64,000 nucleotides of DNA, taken from assembly GCF_006345805.1 (NCBI RefSeq), contig NC_043005.1, positions 62,310,001-62,374,000 on the forward strand, in the 5' to 3' direction. The notes beneath the pieces were generated by a model. It was not told the origin of the DNA. It saw nothing but the letters and a program-made list of their open reading frames with translations, and searched no databases. Positions 1-13,150 of the stretch are shown here, in pieces (the stretch's first letter is position 1; each line of letters starts with the position of its first letter). The position numbers and the translations under genes are program-made. This stretch comes from Octopus sinensis (Eukaryota).

Positions 1-299
1 TAAGATAATTAAACAACTAGATAAGATTGTTGAACAATATACACTAATGAGATAATTCTATGCTCAACTTCAATATCCAGAATAATTTAAATAAATTCCA
101 AGTGACAAGTAATTCCATTAAAACAGAAAAAATATTATAAAGTGATTCCTTATAAAATGGGAAAAATATGAAGTTAAGAAATGACAAAAATATAATATTT
201 GTCTATACTGAAGTCACTAACAAATATCTGTATATGAATGGAGACTGTGATTGTCCATACAGGCAATAAATATCTATGGTAAAATCCTAACTCAAGAGC

Positions 300-730
300 A
301 TTTAGAGAGAAGCACTACATGAAACACTACAAAAAGAAATCTATGGAATACAAGTAAACATGTGATCAAAAAGTTGTAAAATAGGATGTATCAAACATTA
401 CACCTAATCACAAACAAACATGAACAATATAAAATCCAGAATCAAAAACCTCTGCAACAATATGCAACAAGTCTGCATGCTGCTAAATAAACTTCTGATG
501 ACCATTGTTATCTAAAGATTTGTATGCAGACATAGAAGTTCTGAACTTCACAACTCCAACAGTTATACTGGTCATATGAAGTATTATTCTTTCTCGTCGG
601 CTCCCCATGCATTTACAACAAGGAGCCATGGCAACATAGCACAATATAAAACAAAACTAGACAAGAAAATATTGACAAGTATACAAAATTCCCAAACAAA
701 CGAAGTTCACTCCCTGATGTCTGACAAAAA
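300..730 (+). mobile_element. Possible highly decayed CR1/L2-type LINE 3' end
   Basis: The ORF at 576-893 contains SHGNIAQYKTKLDKKILTSI, resembling the FKxKLDxxL motif at the C-terminus of CR1-type ORF2. Otherwise unrecognisable. Confidence 0.3.
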
Positions 731-965
731 AAAAAAACCAAAAAAACTGAAACCCTGTGGCAAGCACATTATTAACACAGCAATCCCCGTGATTCCTTCA
801 CAATATAAAACTGCAGAAACAAACATAACTGAAGACTTGAAAACAAAACAATTTTATCCAGAAGATGTGACATCATGTGTGAGGAGGTATTAAAGTTCGA
901 GATAAATCGAGAAAAAATTTCAATGAAATACAGTGTTTTTCATGATACATATTTACATGAAAAGA

Positions 966-1455
966 TGTTCCCTATGGATATATAAAGAGTGTGTGCATGC
1001 ATGTGTGTGTGTGCATGTGTGTGTATGCATGTGTGTGTGAAGGTATGTATGCATGAATGTATGTGTGTGTGTATATATGTATGGGTGGATAGATGAATGC
1101 ATGCCGCATATATTTATATATATATATGTATACATACATATGTATTTATGTATGCATGTGAGTATATATCAATATTGAGGTTTGGTAGTACAGACAATAT
1201 AAATTCAAAGTATGTGCATAGATTACTTTGTAATATCTGATTAAAAGTAATACATACATACATCACATGCATACATATGCATATACACACACATACACAT
1301 GTATATATACACATAATATATATATATATATACATACACACACACACACACTTAAATAAATATATATATACATTATAATATATGATTAAAAATAATACAC
1401 AGACAGACACACACACATCCATCCATCCATCCATCCATACATACATACATACATA
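966..1455. repeat. Compound microsatellite (TG/CA/TA/CATC/CATA)
   Basis: Direct reading of di- and tetranucleotide runs. Confidence 0.95.
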
Positions 1456-1494
1456 AATTTAGTAGAAAGTTCGGAGGTGATAGTAACATTGATC

Positions 1495-2250
1495 ATCAAA
1501 GCAGTCTATCATGGACCAACAACCTGATTACTACCTCCCACATTGAATGGTATGCATTTGCAATCCAGGAACAGGAAATATGAACCAAATACCTGACACA
1601 GAAAAGGGAAAGTGATGCAAGAAGAGCAGCAAAATGGGTCTACTGATGCAGACTTTGTGGAGTTAACATCAAAGATATCACCCGCATCAAAAGCAGTTGT
1701 CTGAAAATATCATCATGGTATTATCTACCAATGAGACATGATGTTGTAGCTAGGATACAGTAAAATGAGATCTGTTAGAAGGATAACCCCAAGGACAAAA
1801 AAAAAATAAGAACTCACAGTACAGTGGAAGCCATAACCATTCACAATAAAAAGGAGTACTGGTGGAATGTTCCAGTGAAAACCTCAGTAAAATGTAAACA
1901 TAATAGACCTGACATAAATGATTTAGATTAGCATAAAGAAGAGAAAATGTGTACAGCTGCAGAAATCAGCTATCCAGTGGATGTTAACATAAAGCTAAAG
2001 ATCAGCAAAAAAGAAAATATCTATGCTGAATTATTGAGAAATTTGCAGTTACTCTATTCAGATTACAAGTTCGGGTTTATACCTGTAATTATTGGGGCAC
2101 TGGGATATGTAGCACACTTCCAAAATACCAATCTTGGGAAATTAGGCTTCTCAAAACCAGAAAGGAGAAAGCTGATCTGAAAACTGCAGATGAAAGCTAT
2201 CACCGGAACTGTAAAAATCTGTAAAATTTCTCAGAAGTTTATCATTTAAG
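1495..2250 (+). mobile_element. R4/Dong-clade non-LTR retrotransposon C-terminal relic (CCHC knuckle plus restriction-like endonuclease)
   Basis: Translation across stops gives FAIQEQEI..CRLCGVNIKDIT..RHDVVA..EYWWNVPVKTSVKCKHNRPD..EISYPVDVNI..FIPVIIGALG, the typical R4 zinc-knuckle and PD-(D/E)xK RLE layout. In-frame stops are present. Confidence 0.85.
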
Positions 2251-2319
2251 TGTATATAAGCATGTCTAGATATGTAACTATATGCATGAGTATATATACA
2301 TAAAATAAAAGATACAAAT

Positions 2320-2703
2320 CTGCACATATATATACATAAACATACACACACACACACACACATACATACATACATACATACATACATGCATGCATACATA
2401 GAAACAAAAATATATTGTTGTTGATGTTGAAATTCCAATGAAGGAGCCTTGCATCAAGGTTAGAAACTGGCTCTTTCTGTAGTGACAAAAAATCTTGAAA
2501 TAAAAGTGAACAATGACATACATACATGCATGCATGCATGCATCCATCCATACATCCATATAGACAGACAAACAGACAGGTAAGCAGATAGATACATAGA
2601 TAAATGGATAGACACACAGACATATAGATAGATAGATAGAGATATATAGATGGATGGATGGATAGATACACAAATAGATAGATAGATAAATGTGTGTGTG
2701 TGC

Positions 2704-2759
<56 letters not shown>

Positions 2760-2835
2760 GAACTACTGCTACAGCTCCAACCACCACTACCACCACAGTC
2801 ACTACTACTACTACGACCAACTATCTCTACTACTA
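2320..2835. repeat. Compound microsatellite (CA, CATA, GATA, TA, CTA/CCA)
   Basis: Direct reading. Confidence 0.9.
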
Positions 2836-3073
2836 CTGCTATTACAGCAAACGATTCTAGTCAACACACGAGACAGCCATTATGTTCCCCCACACAAAAC
2901 ACCACCATGTGGACTCTGTTGAGACTAGTAAGAAATAATTATGAACTTTTCTTTCATTACACTTAACTTTTAAAAATATATATTTTTGATAAGGTTCGTT
3001 TTTTCAAGAAGAACCGAAACATAAAATCTCTTAGAAAATTAAAATTTATCTTATATAGTGGCGTTTTCAAACT

Positions 3074-3133
<60 letters not shown>

Positions 3134-3145
3134 TTATACATAACC

Positions 3146-3345
3146 AAATTTATAGAAAACAAAATATGAAGACAGGTATGGGAGCAACAAGCAGACAAAC
3201 TAGTTTGATGCTCAGGATGAATGGAAAAGTCTTTGATGTTTTGAGACTATGCTCTTTGACAGGAAGGGTTGAGAAGAAAAAATAGAGAGAGAATGGAATA
3301 AAATGGAGAGAGAAAACAATGTGTGGGGATTAATGTTTCAACAGT
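3146..3345 (-). mobile_element. Diverged copy of the ~200-bp hammerhead-like (Penelope pLTR-like) repeat, family B
   Basis: Reverse-complement similarity to 59481-59675 and direct similarity to 6251-6342. Degenerate core CTGTCAA-AGAGCATAGTCTC-AAAACAT on the minus strand. Confidence 0.55.
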
Positions 3346-3544
3346 ATAGATAGATAGATAAAAAATAGCTAGGTAGGTAGACAGACAGAAATACAGATAG
3401 ACAGACAGACAGATAGATGGATAAAAAGATAGCTAAATAGGTAGACAGACAGACAGATAGGCAGATAGATAAAAAGAAAGCTAAATAGGTAGACAGACAG
3501 ACAAACAGACAGACAGATTGATAGTTAGATAGATAGATAAATAG

Positions 3545-3639
<95 letters not shown>

Positions 3640-3640
3640 T
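3345..3640. repeat. (GATA)n/(GACA)n microsatellite
   Basis: Direct reading. Confidence 0.95.
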
Positions 3641-4167
3641 GTATATGTATTTGAGTTAGTGTATATTTGCATCTTGTCATTGTCTTGATATTGTTTGGAC
3701 ACTGCATAAACAGTACTATCATGTAAATGGTATCATTGTTTCATGTACAGTAAAAACTGAGATGTTTGTTGTTCAAAAACCCAAGAGAAACTGTAGCTTA
3801 ACTAAAAAACCAGATTATCAGGTTGCAGAAAACTTTACTCAGTGTGTCTTGTCTGACCATGCTAGGAAGGAAAATGTCGGTATTATTTTTGAATAAGCCT
3901 GCTGGCTATTTGTGTCATTAGTGCCTGAAAAGACACTGAAATTCTATATTATGTTGATAGTGAGATTTGCTTGAAAAACCAGAGCAGGGTGAAATAATGT
4001 GATCTAGCAGTTCACATGACTCTCATCTGCCAATGATATAATATGTATGTTTTTCTGCAGCATGCATCCATATGAGAGAGATTTTTCTCAATGTAAATAA
4101 AGCAGTGTTCTGACACATTTGTGTTAAGCTGGATACAAATATGTATATATATATATATATATATATA

Positions 4168-4460
4168 CACAGGTGTGGCTTTGTGGTAAGAAGCTTGCTT
4201 CCCAGTCACATGGTTCCGGGTGGTAACTATGTGTGTGTGTGTCTGTGCTTGTCACCACCATCACCACCACTATCACTTGACAACTGGTGTTGGTGTGTTT
4301 ATGCCCCTGTAACTTAGTGGTTCAGCAAAAGAGTCTGATAGAATGAGTACCAGGCTTTAAAAAGAAATAACTACTGGGGTTGATATATTCAACTGTAGAA
4401 AATTTTTCAAAGCAGATCCTCAGCAGGGCTACAATCTAATGAGTGAGACCAGTAAAAGAT
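4168..4460 (+). mobile_element. tRNA-derived SINE, family 1 (CORE-type), internally deleted
   Basis: tRNA-like head GTGGCTTTGTGGTAAGAAGCTTGCTTCCC and body shared with copies at 18085, 29065, 33040 and 55205. Confidence 0.75.
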
Positions 4461-4465
4461 AGAAG

Positions 4466-4514
<49 letters not shown>

Positions 4515-4516
<2 letters not shown>

Positions 4517-5791
4517 GGGTCATCCCATAAATAATGTGGTATTCATACTTCTTTCATCTTTCAAAATTAAGATAAACAAAGTTCATTTTTATTTTAAAAT
4601 ACACTCTCCTTCATTTTCTACAATGTTCTTCCATCTATCTGGTAGACTTGCAAGGCTCCTCTTCCAAATTTCATTTGTCTGTGATGAAAAGTACTCCTCC
4701 AGTACTGTTCTGATCATGTCCTCAAAATTCATATTTTTTCCACCCAAATGATTTTGAAGACTGCAGAATAAATGATAATCAGATGAGGCAATGCCCAGTG
4801 AATATGGTGGGTGAGGTATTGTTTCCCATTCAAACTGCTTCAGCCTTTGGAATGTCATCCTCGGTGTATGTGGCCAAGCATTAACCTGATGGAAGAACAT
4901 CTTTAGTCTTGAAACCAAAGATGGTTGTTTTTCTTCTAGTGCTGACTTAAACTACTCAAGCTGCTTGCAGTAGATCTCCTTTGTTATCAGTTGGGTTGGG
5001 TTTAAAAGTTTAAAGTGGACTAAACCTTTCATATATCACCAAACAGATAGCAAAATCTTACGTGAGTGAAGACCTTTAACCTGGGTTGCTAGTGTTTCTC
5101 CTTTCCATAGCCACTGTCTTTGGTGCATGACATTTGTATAGAGAACACATTTTTCATCACCAGTTACTATTTGGTTGAAAAAGGGTTCATTCATGTGACA
5201 TGATAGCAAAGAACACACATTCACTCTCTGCACACAATTAGACCCAGAAAGTTTGTGAAGAACCCATTGACTCAATTAGCTGACTTTTCCAATGGCATGT
5301 AGGTGTCAATGAATGGTTGAACCAAATCCAAGCTTCTCTGCAAGTTCCTCAACAGTTACAATGGGATTTTATTCCACTAGGGCTTGCAGATCCTCATTGA
5401 GCTCTGCAGATCTTCCAAGATGAGGCTTGTCTTCTAAACTGTAGTTTTTGGTTTGGAATTTCTGGAATCACTGTTGACACTGGCTTATGGTTACTGTCTG
5501 ATCCCCATTATACTGCATTAATATTCCTTACATTTTCTGTTGCACTGTTGCCTTTATTGAACTCATAAAGCAAAATATGCTGAATATACTCCTTTGTCAC
5601 TTCTATTATAGCTTTGAAAAATTAACTGTTAAAATAGAACTGCACTCTTCAAAATTTGCACTAAGAATAAGGAAAAGGGTAAAATTACTACCTGCTTTTA
5701 TAGCAAGCTGATGCAGGTAGTTTATCCTGTCCCTCTCTGACTTTTAGTTTATGCAGTTGAAACAAAACGCATTATTTATGGGATGACCCAA
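4515..5791 (-). mobile_element. Full-length mariner (DD34D) transposon, transposase pseudogene
   Basis: TIRs TGGGTCATCCCATAAATAATG at both ends, each flanked by TA. Minus-strand fragments WVLHKL, VTGDEK, QVNAWPH (HDNARPH) and HPPYSLGIASSDYHLF. Start codon lost; frameshifts and stops present. Confidence 0.95.
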
Positions 5792-5992
5792 TATATATTT
5801 ACACCTGCATGAATATTGAGTTCATGCATATGTTTCACCAATGTACTCAGAACTGAATATTCCAAGTGCATTTGGATGCCTAACTGTAACAGAACTCTAA
5901 GGAAACACTTTATTGCACTATTACAGGGAATCTATGTGGAGAACTAATTCATACAGTAGTAGCTGTACATCTATCTGTACACATAAGATACA

Positions 5993-6214
5993 CAGTAATC
6001 CCTTGCCATATCATGGTTCACCTATCATGGTTTATTATTTAAGCTTACGTCAATTCTTCCATGATGTTGTTTTGCATTTATAATAAAATAAATATATGCA
6101 AATTACAAAAGTAAAAAAAAAAATATACAGTACAGTACCATTTCTACTTTGCAAATTTTCATTTATCACAGGGGATTTTGGAATGTAACACCTGCGATAG
6201 TCGAGGGATTACTG
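5993..6214. mobile_element. Tigger/pogo-like MITE (~220 bp)
   Basis: Terminal inverted repeats CAGTAATCCCT...AGGGATTACTG followed by TA. No coding capacity. Confidence 0.75.
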
Positions 6215-6250
<36 letters not shown>

Positions 6251-6253
<3 letters not shown>

Positions 6254-6348
6254 AGAGTTTATGAAAAAACCAAAAGACGAAGACAGGTGGTGTACAAAAC
6301 AAACAGATGTATTAGTATAATGCTCAGGAATAGAAAAAGTCTGTATAT

Positions 6349-6391
<43 letters not shown>

Positions 6392-6477
6392 AGAGTTTAT
6401 GAAAAAACCAAAAGACGAAGACAGGTGGTGTACAAAACAAACAGATGTATTAGTATAATGCTCAGGAATAGAAAAAG

Positions 6478-6480
<3 letters not shown>
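6251..6480 (-). repeat. Tandem duplication of a 92-bp truncated family-B element embedded in (TA)n
   Basis: 6251-6342 and 6389-6480 are identical (period 138). The reverse complement matches 59580-59673. Confidence 0.9.
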
Positions 6481-6520
<40 letters not shown>

Positions 6521-6544
6521 CAGAAAGCATTACAGGAATAATTG

Positions 6545-7150
6545 ATAGCTTATTTTATCTAGGTGGTCTAATCAGCGGTGGATGAGAGAATTATGGAAAT
6601 ATAGGGACCAGAATTAGAATAGGTGAAAAATGTACTGGGAGATATTACCTCTGAAGGTAACAAGCATATTCTCTATCCAAACAAATGCTAGAGTATACAA
6701 TGCATGTACATGAATTGCAGTGTTGCATAGTAGCAGATGTGGAAAATGAATGTAGAAAATATGCAAAGGCTGGAAAAAAATGAAGCATGATCTACTATAT
6801 GTAAAATGTCAATGTGCATGACTGATAAGGTATAAATAAGTTGAGAGAACAACTAGGTATAAGAAGAACCAGTTGTGGCATGCAAGAGTGACACATATGC
6901 TTGTATGAACATGTAAGCATATGGATGAGTAACTGGTGGGTGAATAAGTGACTGGAAATTCATGTGGAAGCAACAAATAGAAGAGGAAGACCAAGGAAGA
7001 CATGGGCAGAATTGGGAAAGGCTGATGAACCTCACAAAAGAGAGGACAAAAGCAAAGCAACAAATGGCAGAATGCTATGTTACAGAGGATCTGAGCAACC
7101 TGTACAGACATGAGAAAATGAGCATAAAAATGAGGATGATAACAATGATA
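6545..7150 (+). mobile_element. Decayed RTE-clade LINE 3' fragment
   Basis: Aligns by eye to 12080-12620 (YLGD..RIRI..RLE..RGRPRKTW region) and ends in a GAT-rich tail. Confidence 0.75.
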
Positions 7151-7979
7151 ATGTATGTATAGCCACACATACATGTGCACTGTGTTTGTGTGCATGTGTA
7201 TGTATGCATGTATGTGTGTGTGTGTGTGTGTATGTTTTCCTGGAGACTATTATATTTTGACAGTCTCATATTCTGGACAGTCTTATATTCACCCACTGTG
7301 ATTGTTGTTCACAGAAAGATTCTCCCTTTTTATACTCTCTGGTGGCAGGTATAGTTCTTGGAAGAAAACATTCTGAAGTAAAAAAAAAAATCTCACCAGG
7401 AAGTAAGACTAAACCAGACACAAAAACGAAGTCTAATATTAGATTTTGTCATCTATTCTTACTCTGTATGGACTTGTATCACAATCTTAGATAATTCACA
7501 ATTTTATGAATATTTATGGAAGCATTATCTTGCTATATCTTGCTAAGACTAATTATGGTACATCTATGGAATGTGATTGTGTCTTATTACCAAATATATA
7601 TACATACATACATACATACATATATATTAATAATAAAGGGTAAAATCATAAATTAGTTTTACCAAGTGGTCAGCACGAAAATAAAACCTCATAGCTAAAT
7701 TGATATAAATATTTTATAATTGTATACAGAATTATAACAAGGGCTTGGTTTGCGCCTCACCACGCACTGAAAAATAGACATCAAAAGACACTATTACATG
7801 CAGGTAGAAGCAAAGGCCTTACGTACAGCATCAAAGATTGGTTTATGTAGCCACCTGAAGGTGGTTTTGGCCTGCTCTTTCTTATGATCTTTATGATGTT
7901 TGGACATGAAGAAAACTGCCATAAAATCATATATATATCTGTATATATATATATATACCTGTATAAATCTGTATATATA

Positions 7980-8016
<37 letters not shown>

Positions 8017-8157
8017 GTGTGTGTACGTGTGTGTGTGCATGCATGCACACACCCACCCACCCACATAAACGTATGCACATATATATGTATTTGTGCGTGT
8101 TTATCTATCCATCTAGCTGTCTGTCTGTCTGTCTCTCTACATATTTATATATATATA

Positions 8158-8189
<32 letters not shown>

Positions 8190-10537
8190 GGGAGAGAGAG
8201 AGAGAGATAATATATACATTCTTGTTTCTTTATATTTCATTCCCTTTTCCTGCTTTTTTGGTTTTGTTATCTAATTCTATCACATTTTCAAAACTTTTTC
8301 CATTTTTATTTTCCATTCCACTATCTATTCCCTTTATTCTATACAATTATTTTTCTCTTCTCTCATTTTCGACCTTTCAAATTTGCTTTCCAGCTTTCAC
8401 TTTATTTATCTATCTATCACTCACAACCCTTCACAAACACACTTATACATTCAATGACAAAATGCCACCCACTTCATTTCAGGAAGAGTGGTGATAATAT
8501 GCTGGGTTGAGGTTTGAGATTAGAAAGAATAGGGATAAAATTTTCAATCTAATGATAGGTCTTGGGAATAACATTTTCTAGTGAAAGAGTTTGAAATTTT
8601 CTGCTTGGCTAATTTTGTGATTGCATTGATGATGGATTAGTTTGATATTGCAGAATATGTGGAAAAGTTTCTGTGTACTTGTGTACTTGGTCGTGAAAAA
8701 AAGAGAGAAAAAAAAAGAAAAAAACAATAAAAAATCAACAATGGAATAAAAAAAATACCCTCTTATCACAAGGGATGAGACAGAATACTTGCTTCAATAT
8801 CCATAACATTCCACTAATTTGAACAAATTGTTTATTGGTAAGCCAAAGTCAATGAAGATATCCACCAAGTGATCGCTCAACTCACTAGAAAGAGAAACCA
8901 AATCTCCCTCACATCACACCCTACAACCTTAGAAATGATCATATGCTCCTAGCTGCTCATAGGTTTGTTTATTGAAAACTGATCTGTGGTAAACAACAGC
9001 AGCTGTAGCCATTGCTGCAGCCACCACAATCACCAACGTTATATACATTTTTGATAGAAATGTTTCATTAATCCTTCATGCTTTAAATTTACATATTGCT
9101 GAGGGAGTTTGGGGGTGGTAGGTTAAATATAGTGAGGTAGAGGTAAACAGGTACATAATAGCAGAACTGGTGTATAGCAAAAGCCAGTATACTTGATTCT
9201 TAATAGATCAAATTATTTATGTGTAATTATCAACCACATGCTTATACATATATCTCAGTTTTATTAGTAATGATGATATTATAATATCAATGAGTGTTTA
9301 GTAGACTTTCTGTTAAAATTTTTTTGGAAAATACTACTAGCAATGGATTGATGTCTTACTACTGGAGTAAAAATAACTATTCTTCACTTAATGCTTCAGA
9401 AGTCAAGGTGCTGGCCTTACTACCATAGAGGGCTGTCAAAAGGTTAAATTTCCTTTTTCTCTTGCCTCGCACAAATTCACATAAATCCATTATGAAAGTG
9501 AATCTCACCAATTCAGTGATATGTTTTCAAAGGAACAACAAAGTGAAGTTTGGTCTTATAAAAGGTACCCAACTCCTGCTTAAAAGAGCTGCTTATATAA
9601 ACATAAAAAATACTATCTACTGATTCATGTGTGCGCATATATGTTTGTGTACATATTCTTAAACACTCAGCATGTTTGAATAGCTAAGTTGATTTCACAA
9701 TTATAAGGTCCTTGGTTAAATTTCATTGCATCCTGGGCAAGTATTTTCTAGCATTGTATCGAGTAGAGATTGGGTCAATGTGAATGCCCTTTAAATGAAC
9801 TGCAATTCAAAGTGTCATTCACTGTGTTACACCAACTCTGTAAGAAGATAAAGTAAGGGTCTATTTATTTATTGAATACCCAGCTGCATGTACAATGAAC
9901 AATGAATAGTTCAGGTGATTGAAAAACTGCAGGTGATTGAAAAACTGCATCACTGAAGCCAATGAAAGATTTTACAGATGTAATGAAGAAAAAAAGCAAG
10001 AACAAGATATCCCCTTGAATCAGTCATCCTTAAAATGGTGGAGACTATTATTATTCTTAATGGGCATTAAATAAAATACTCCTTTGAAATTTATCTTACT
10101 ATCATATATTATATTGAGAAACTGAATGGACTGCTAGTGATATATGTTAGTGGGTACAGGGAATGATATGCAGAAGCAGGAGGCATTAGATTAAAAATAT
10201 TTAAGAGATAAAACAGTTTTAAATATCTAAATTAGATCTCAACTCATGATCAAGTGACTTATCTCTGTGTACGTAAACTCTGTTGGATTAGACTCTTATT
10301 TGAAACCTTTTATTTCTAAACTCACAGTAATGCTCTTTTGTCCACTTGTATACATGACAACAGCCTGTTCTGAGCTTGAATTTAATCTGTTGCTATGTAA
10401 ACATCCATAAAAAAGAAGACACCTGAAAACTATCTGTGATCAAATCAAACCAGGAACTAGGATGGCAAATTGACAGTCATTAAAGCATTGGGTAGAATGC
10501 CTCATAGTAAGGCATTCTATCCAATGCCTCATAGAAA

Positions 10538-10770
10538 GGCGGCGAGCAGGCAAAAGTGTTAGCGCGCCGGCCAAAATGCTTAGCGGTATTTCATCTGCTG
10601 CTACGTTCTGAGTTCAAATTCCACCGAGGTTGACTTTGCCCTTCATCCTTTCGGGATCGATAAATTAAGTACCAGTTACACACTGGGGTCGATGTAATTG
10701 ACAATCTCTTTGTCTGTCCTTGTTTGTCCCCTCTATGTTTAGACCCTTGTGGACAATAAAGAAATAAGAA
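10538..10770 (+). mobile_element. tRNA-derived SINE, family 2 (Meta-domain type), full length
   Basis: Head GGCGGCGAGCAGGCA..GTTCTGAGTTCAAATTCC and central GACTTTGCCCTTCATCCTTTCGGGATCGATAAATTAAGTACCAG, which I recall as Meta/Sauria-SINE-like. AATAAAGAAATAAG tail; many copies in the window. Confidence 0.8.
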
Positions 10771-11633
10771 TGCCTCATAGTACTTGTCTGACTATGTTCT
10801 CTGACAACAAATTCCACAGAGGTCAACATTGCATTTCTTCTTTTCGGGGTCAATAACACTAAGTACTAATCCAGAGCAGTGGATGGTTGAACTGGAAGAG
10901 TGCTGGACCAGATGCCTTGTGGTATTTATTCTGAATCTTTGTATTCAGAGATCAAATCCTGCTATGGTCTACTTGGTTAACAGACTTAATCACTCAGTTT
11001 AATACCATCACCTGGCTCTTGAGTGCCTTTTGTGGATTTAATATGTTGTAAGCGCTTGGGCAAGGTATCCAGTTTGACAGTACTTTACTCACACTAATCT
11101 TGGAGACTGTGTAAAGCAGGAGCCCCCAACCACTAGGCCATGGATCATTTGGTATTGGACTGCACGGAAAGAATAAATTTCTAAATCTTATTTCTATTCC
11201 ACTGACTATCACAGTCTGCAGCATATTTTTGCATTATATATGTATTATATATGTAATAATTGCATTCTATATAATGCACTTTATTGGATTTTGTTATGCA
11301 TGTGATTCCTTGGTCCACAGAAAAATTGTCTTACATAAGTATTACTAGTGATTGGAGAGGAGAAAGATAAACCCCTATTCTTGGATTTTGTTGACTTGGA
11401 GAAAACCTTTGACAAGGTCCCCGATCCCTTATCTGGTGGGCGATGTGGAAACTGGGGTTTGATGAGTGGTTAATAAGAGCGGTACAGGCCCTGTACAGGG
11501 ATGCTGTTAGTAAGGTAAGGGTCGGCAACGAGTATAGTGAAGAATTCCGGGTAGAAGTAGGGGTTCACCAAAGATCAACCCTCAGCCCCTTCTTATTCAT
11601 CATAGTCCTCCAAGAAATAACAGAGGAATTAAA

Positions 11634-11689
11634 GACAGGTTGCCCCTGACAGGTTGCCCCTGACAGGTTGCCCCTGACAGGTTGCCCCT
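11634..11689 (+). repeat. 4 x 14-bp tandem repeat GACAGGTTGCCCCT inside the RT gene
   Basis: Four exact copies immediately before CTATGCTGATGAC (YADD). Confidence 0.95.
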
Positions 11690-12769
11690 CTATGCTGATG
11701 ACCTTGCTCTCATAGCAGAATCACTATCAGAACTACAGAAGAAATTTCAGGTGTGGAAACAAGGTTTAGAATTGAAGGGCCTTAGACTCCTGGTCGCAAA
11801 AACCAAAGTCCTAATAAGTAGAAAGGTGAACACCTCACAAACCCCTTCAGGTATATGGCCTTGCTTGATCTGTAGAAAAGGTGTAGGTAGAAATTCCATA
11901 AGATGTACCCAGTGTAAGCTATGGACCCATAAGAGGTGTGGCAACATCAAAGGAAGGTTAACTGGGGAGATAGCTTTTGTGTATGGCAGATGCACAGGAG
12001 CAATAAACACAGCAGATGCTCAGAAAACAGATTCCATCACATGCTAGTGGGAGAAACTAGAAGTAGTTGATAGCTTCCGCTACCTAGGTGACCAAGTTTG
12101 TATTGGGGGTGGCTGCTCAGAGAGCGTTGCCTCTAGAATAAGAATAACCTGTACAAAGTTCAGAAAGCTCCTACCTCTACTGGTGACAAAGGGCCTCTTA
12201 CTCAAAGTGAAAGGTAGATTGTATGATGCATGTATGCGAACTGCCATGCTACATGACTGTAAAATATGGGCTGTGACTGCTGAAGACATGCATAGGCTTG
12301 AAAGAAATGAAGCTAGTATGATCTGCTGGATGAGTAATGTCAATGTGCACACATGACAAAGTGTAAGCACCCTGAGAGAAATGTTGGACATAAGAAGTAT
12401 CAGATGTGGTGTGCAAGAGAGACGACTGCACTGGTATGGTCATGTGCTACGTATGGATGAGGAGAGCTGTGTAAAGAAGTGTCACACCCTAACAGTGGAA
12501 GGAACCAGTGGAAGAGGTAGACCCAGGAAGACATAGGATGAGGTGAAGTATGACCTTTGAATGTTGGGCCTCACAGAGGCAATGATGGAAGACTGAGACC
12601 TCTAGAGATATGCTGTGATTGAGAAGACCCAGCAAGGAAAGTGAGATCACATCTGTAGACAACACCAGTGTTTCATAACCAGCCCATTTAAATGTACTTT
12701 TGAATCGTTGGGCGACATGTAAATCAAAATCAAATCAAATCACAATCAAATGGAAATTGTAGTTGTGGC

Positions 12770-13150
12770 CGATGCCAGTGCCACCTGACTGGCTCCTGTA
12801 CTGGTGCATGCAATAAGCACTATTCACGCGTGGGTCATTTCCAGTACCACCTGACTGGCTCCCCATGCCAGAGACACATAAAAGGCACCATCCCAATGCG
12901 GTTGATGCCAACCCTCCAGCCCTGACTGGCTCCTGTGCGCATGGCATGTACAAAGCACCATCCAAATGTGGATGATTCCAGTGTCGCCCGACTGGCTCCC
13001 CATGCCAGTGGCACATAAAAAGCACCATCCCAACATGGTTGATGACAACCCTCCAGCCCCGACTGGCTCCTGTGCCCGTGGCATGTACAAAGCACCATCC
13101 GAATGTGGATGATGCCAGTGCCGCCTGACTGGCTCCTGTGCCAGTGGTAC
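12770..13150 (+). repeat. Minisatellite in the RTE 3' UTR, alternating 66/71-bp units (137-bp higher-order repeat)
   Basis: GACTGGCTCC anchors at 12787, 12853, 12924, 12990, 13061 and 13127. Confidence 0.9.

Noticed and set aside
9912-9950. Small exact tandem duplications (18 bp here; 27 bp at ~19147-19200; 25 bp at ~44657-44710)
   Set aside because: Ordinary slippage duplications in AT-rich intron with no further structure.
12770-13150. Regularly spaced repeats resembling a CRISPR array (also the 23-mers at 48125-48249)
   Set aside because: The intervening sequences are themselves repeats rather than unique spacers, there are no cas genes, and the context is a eukaryotic retroelement.
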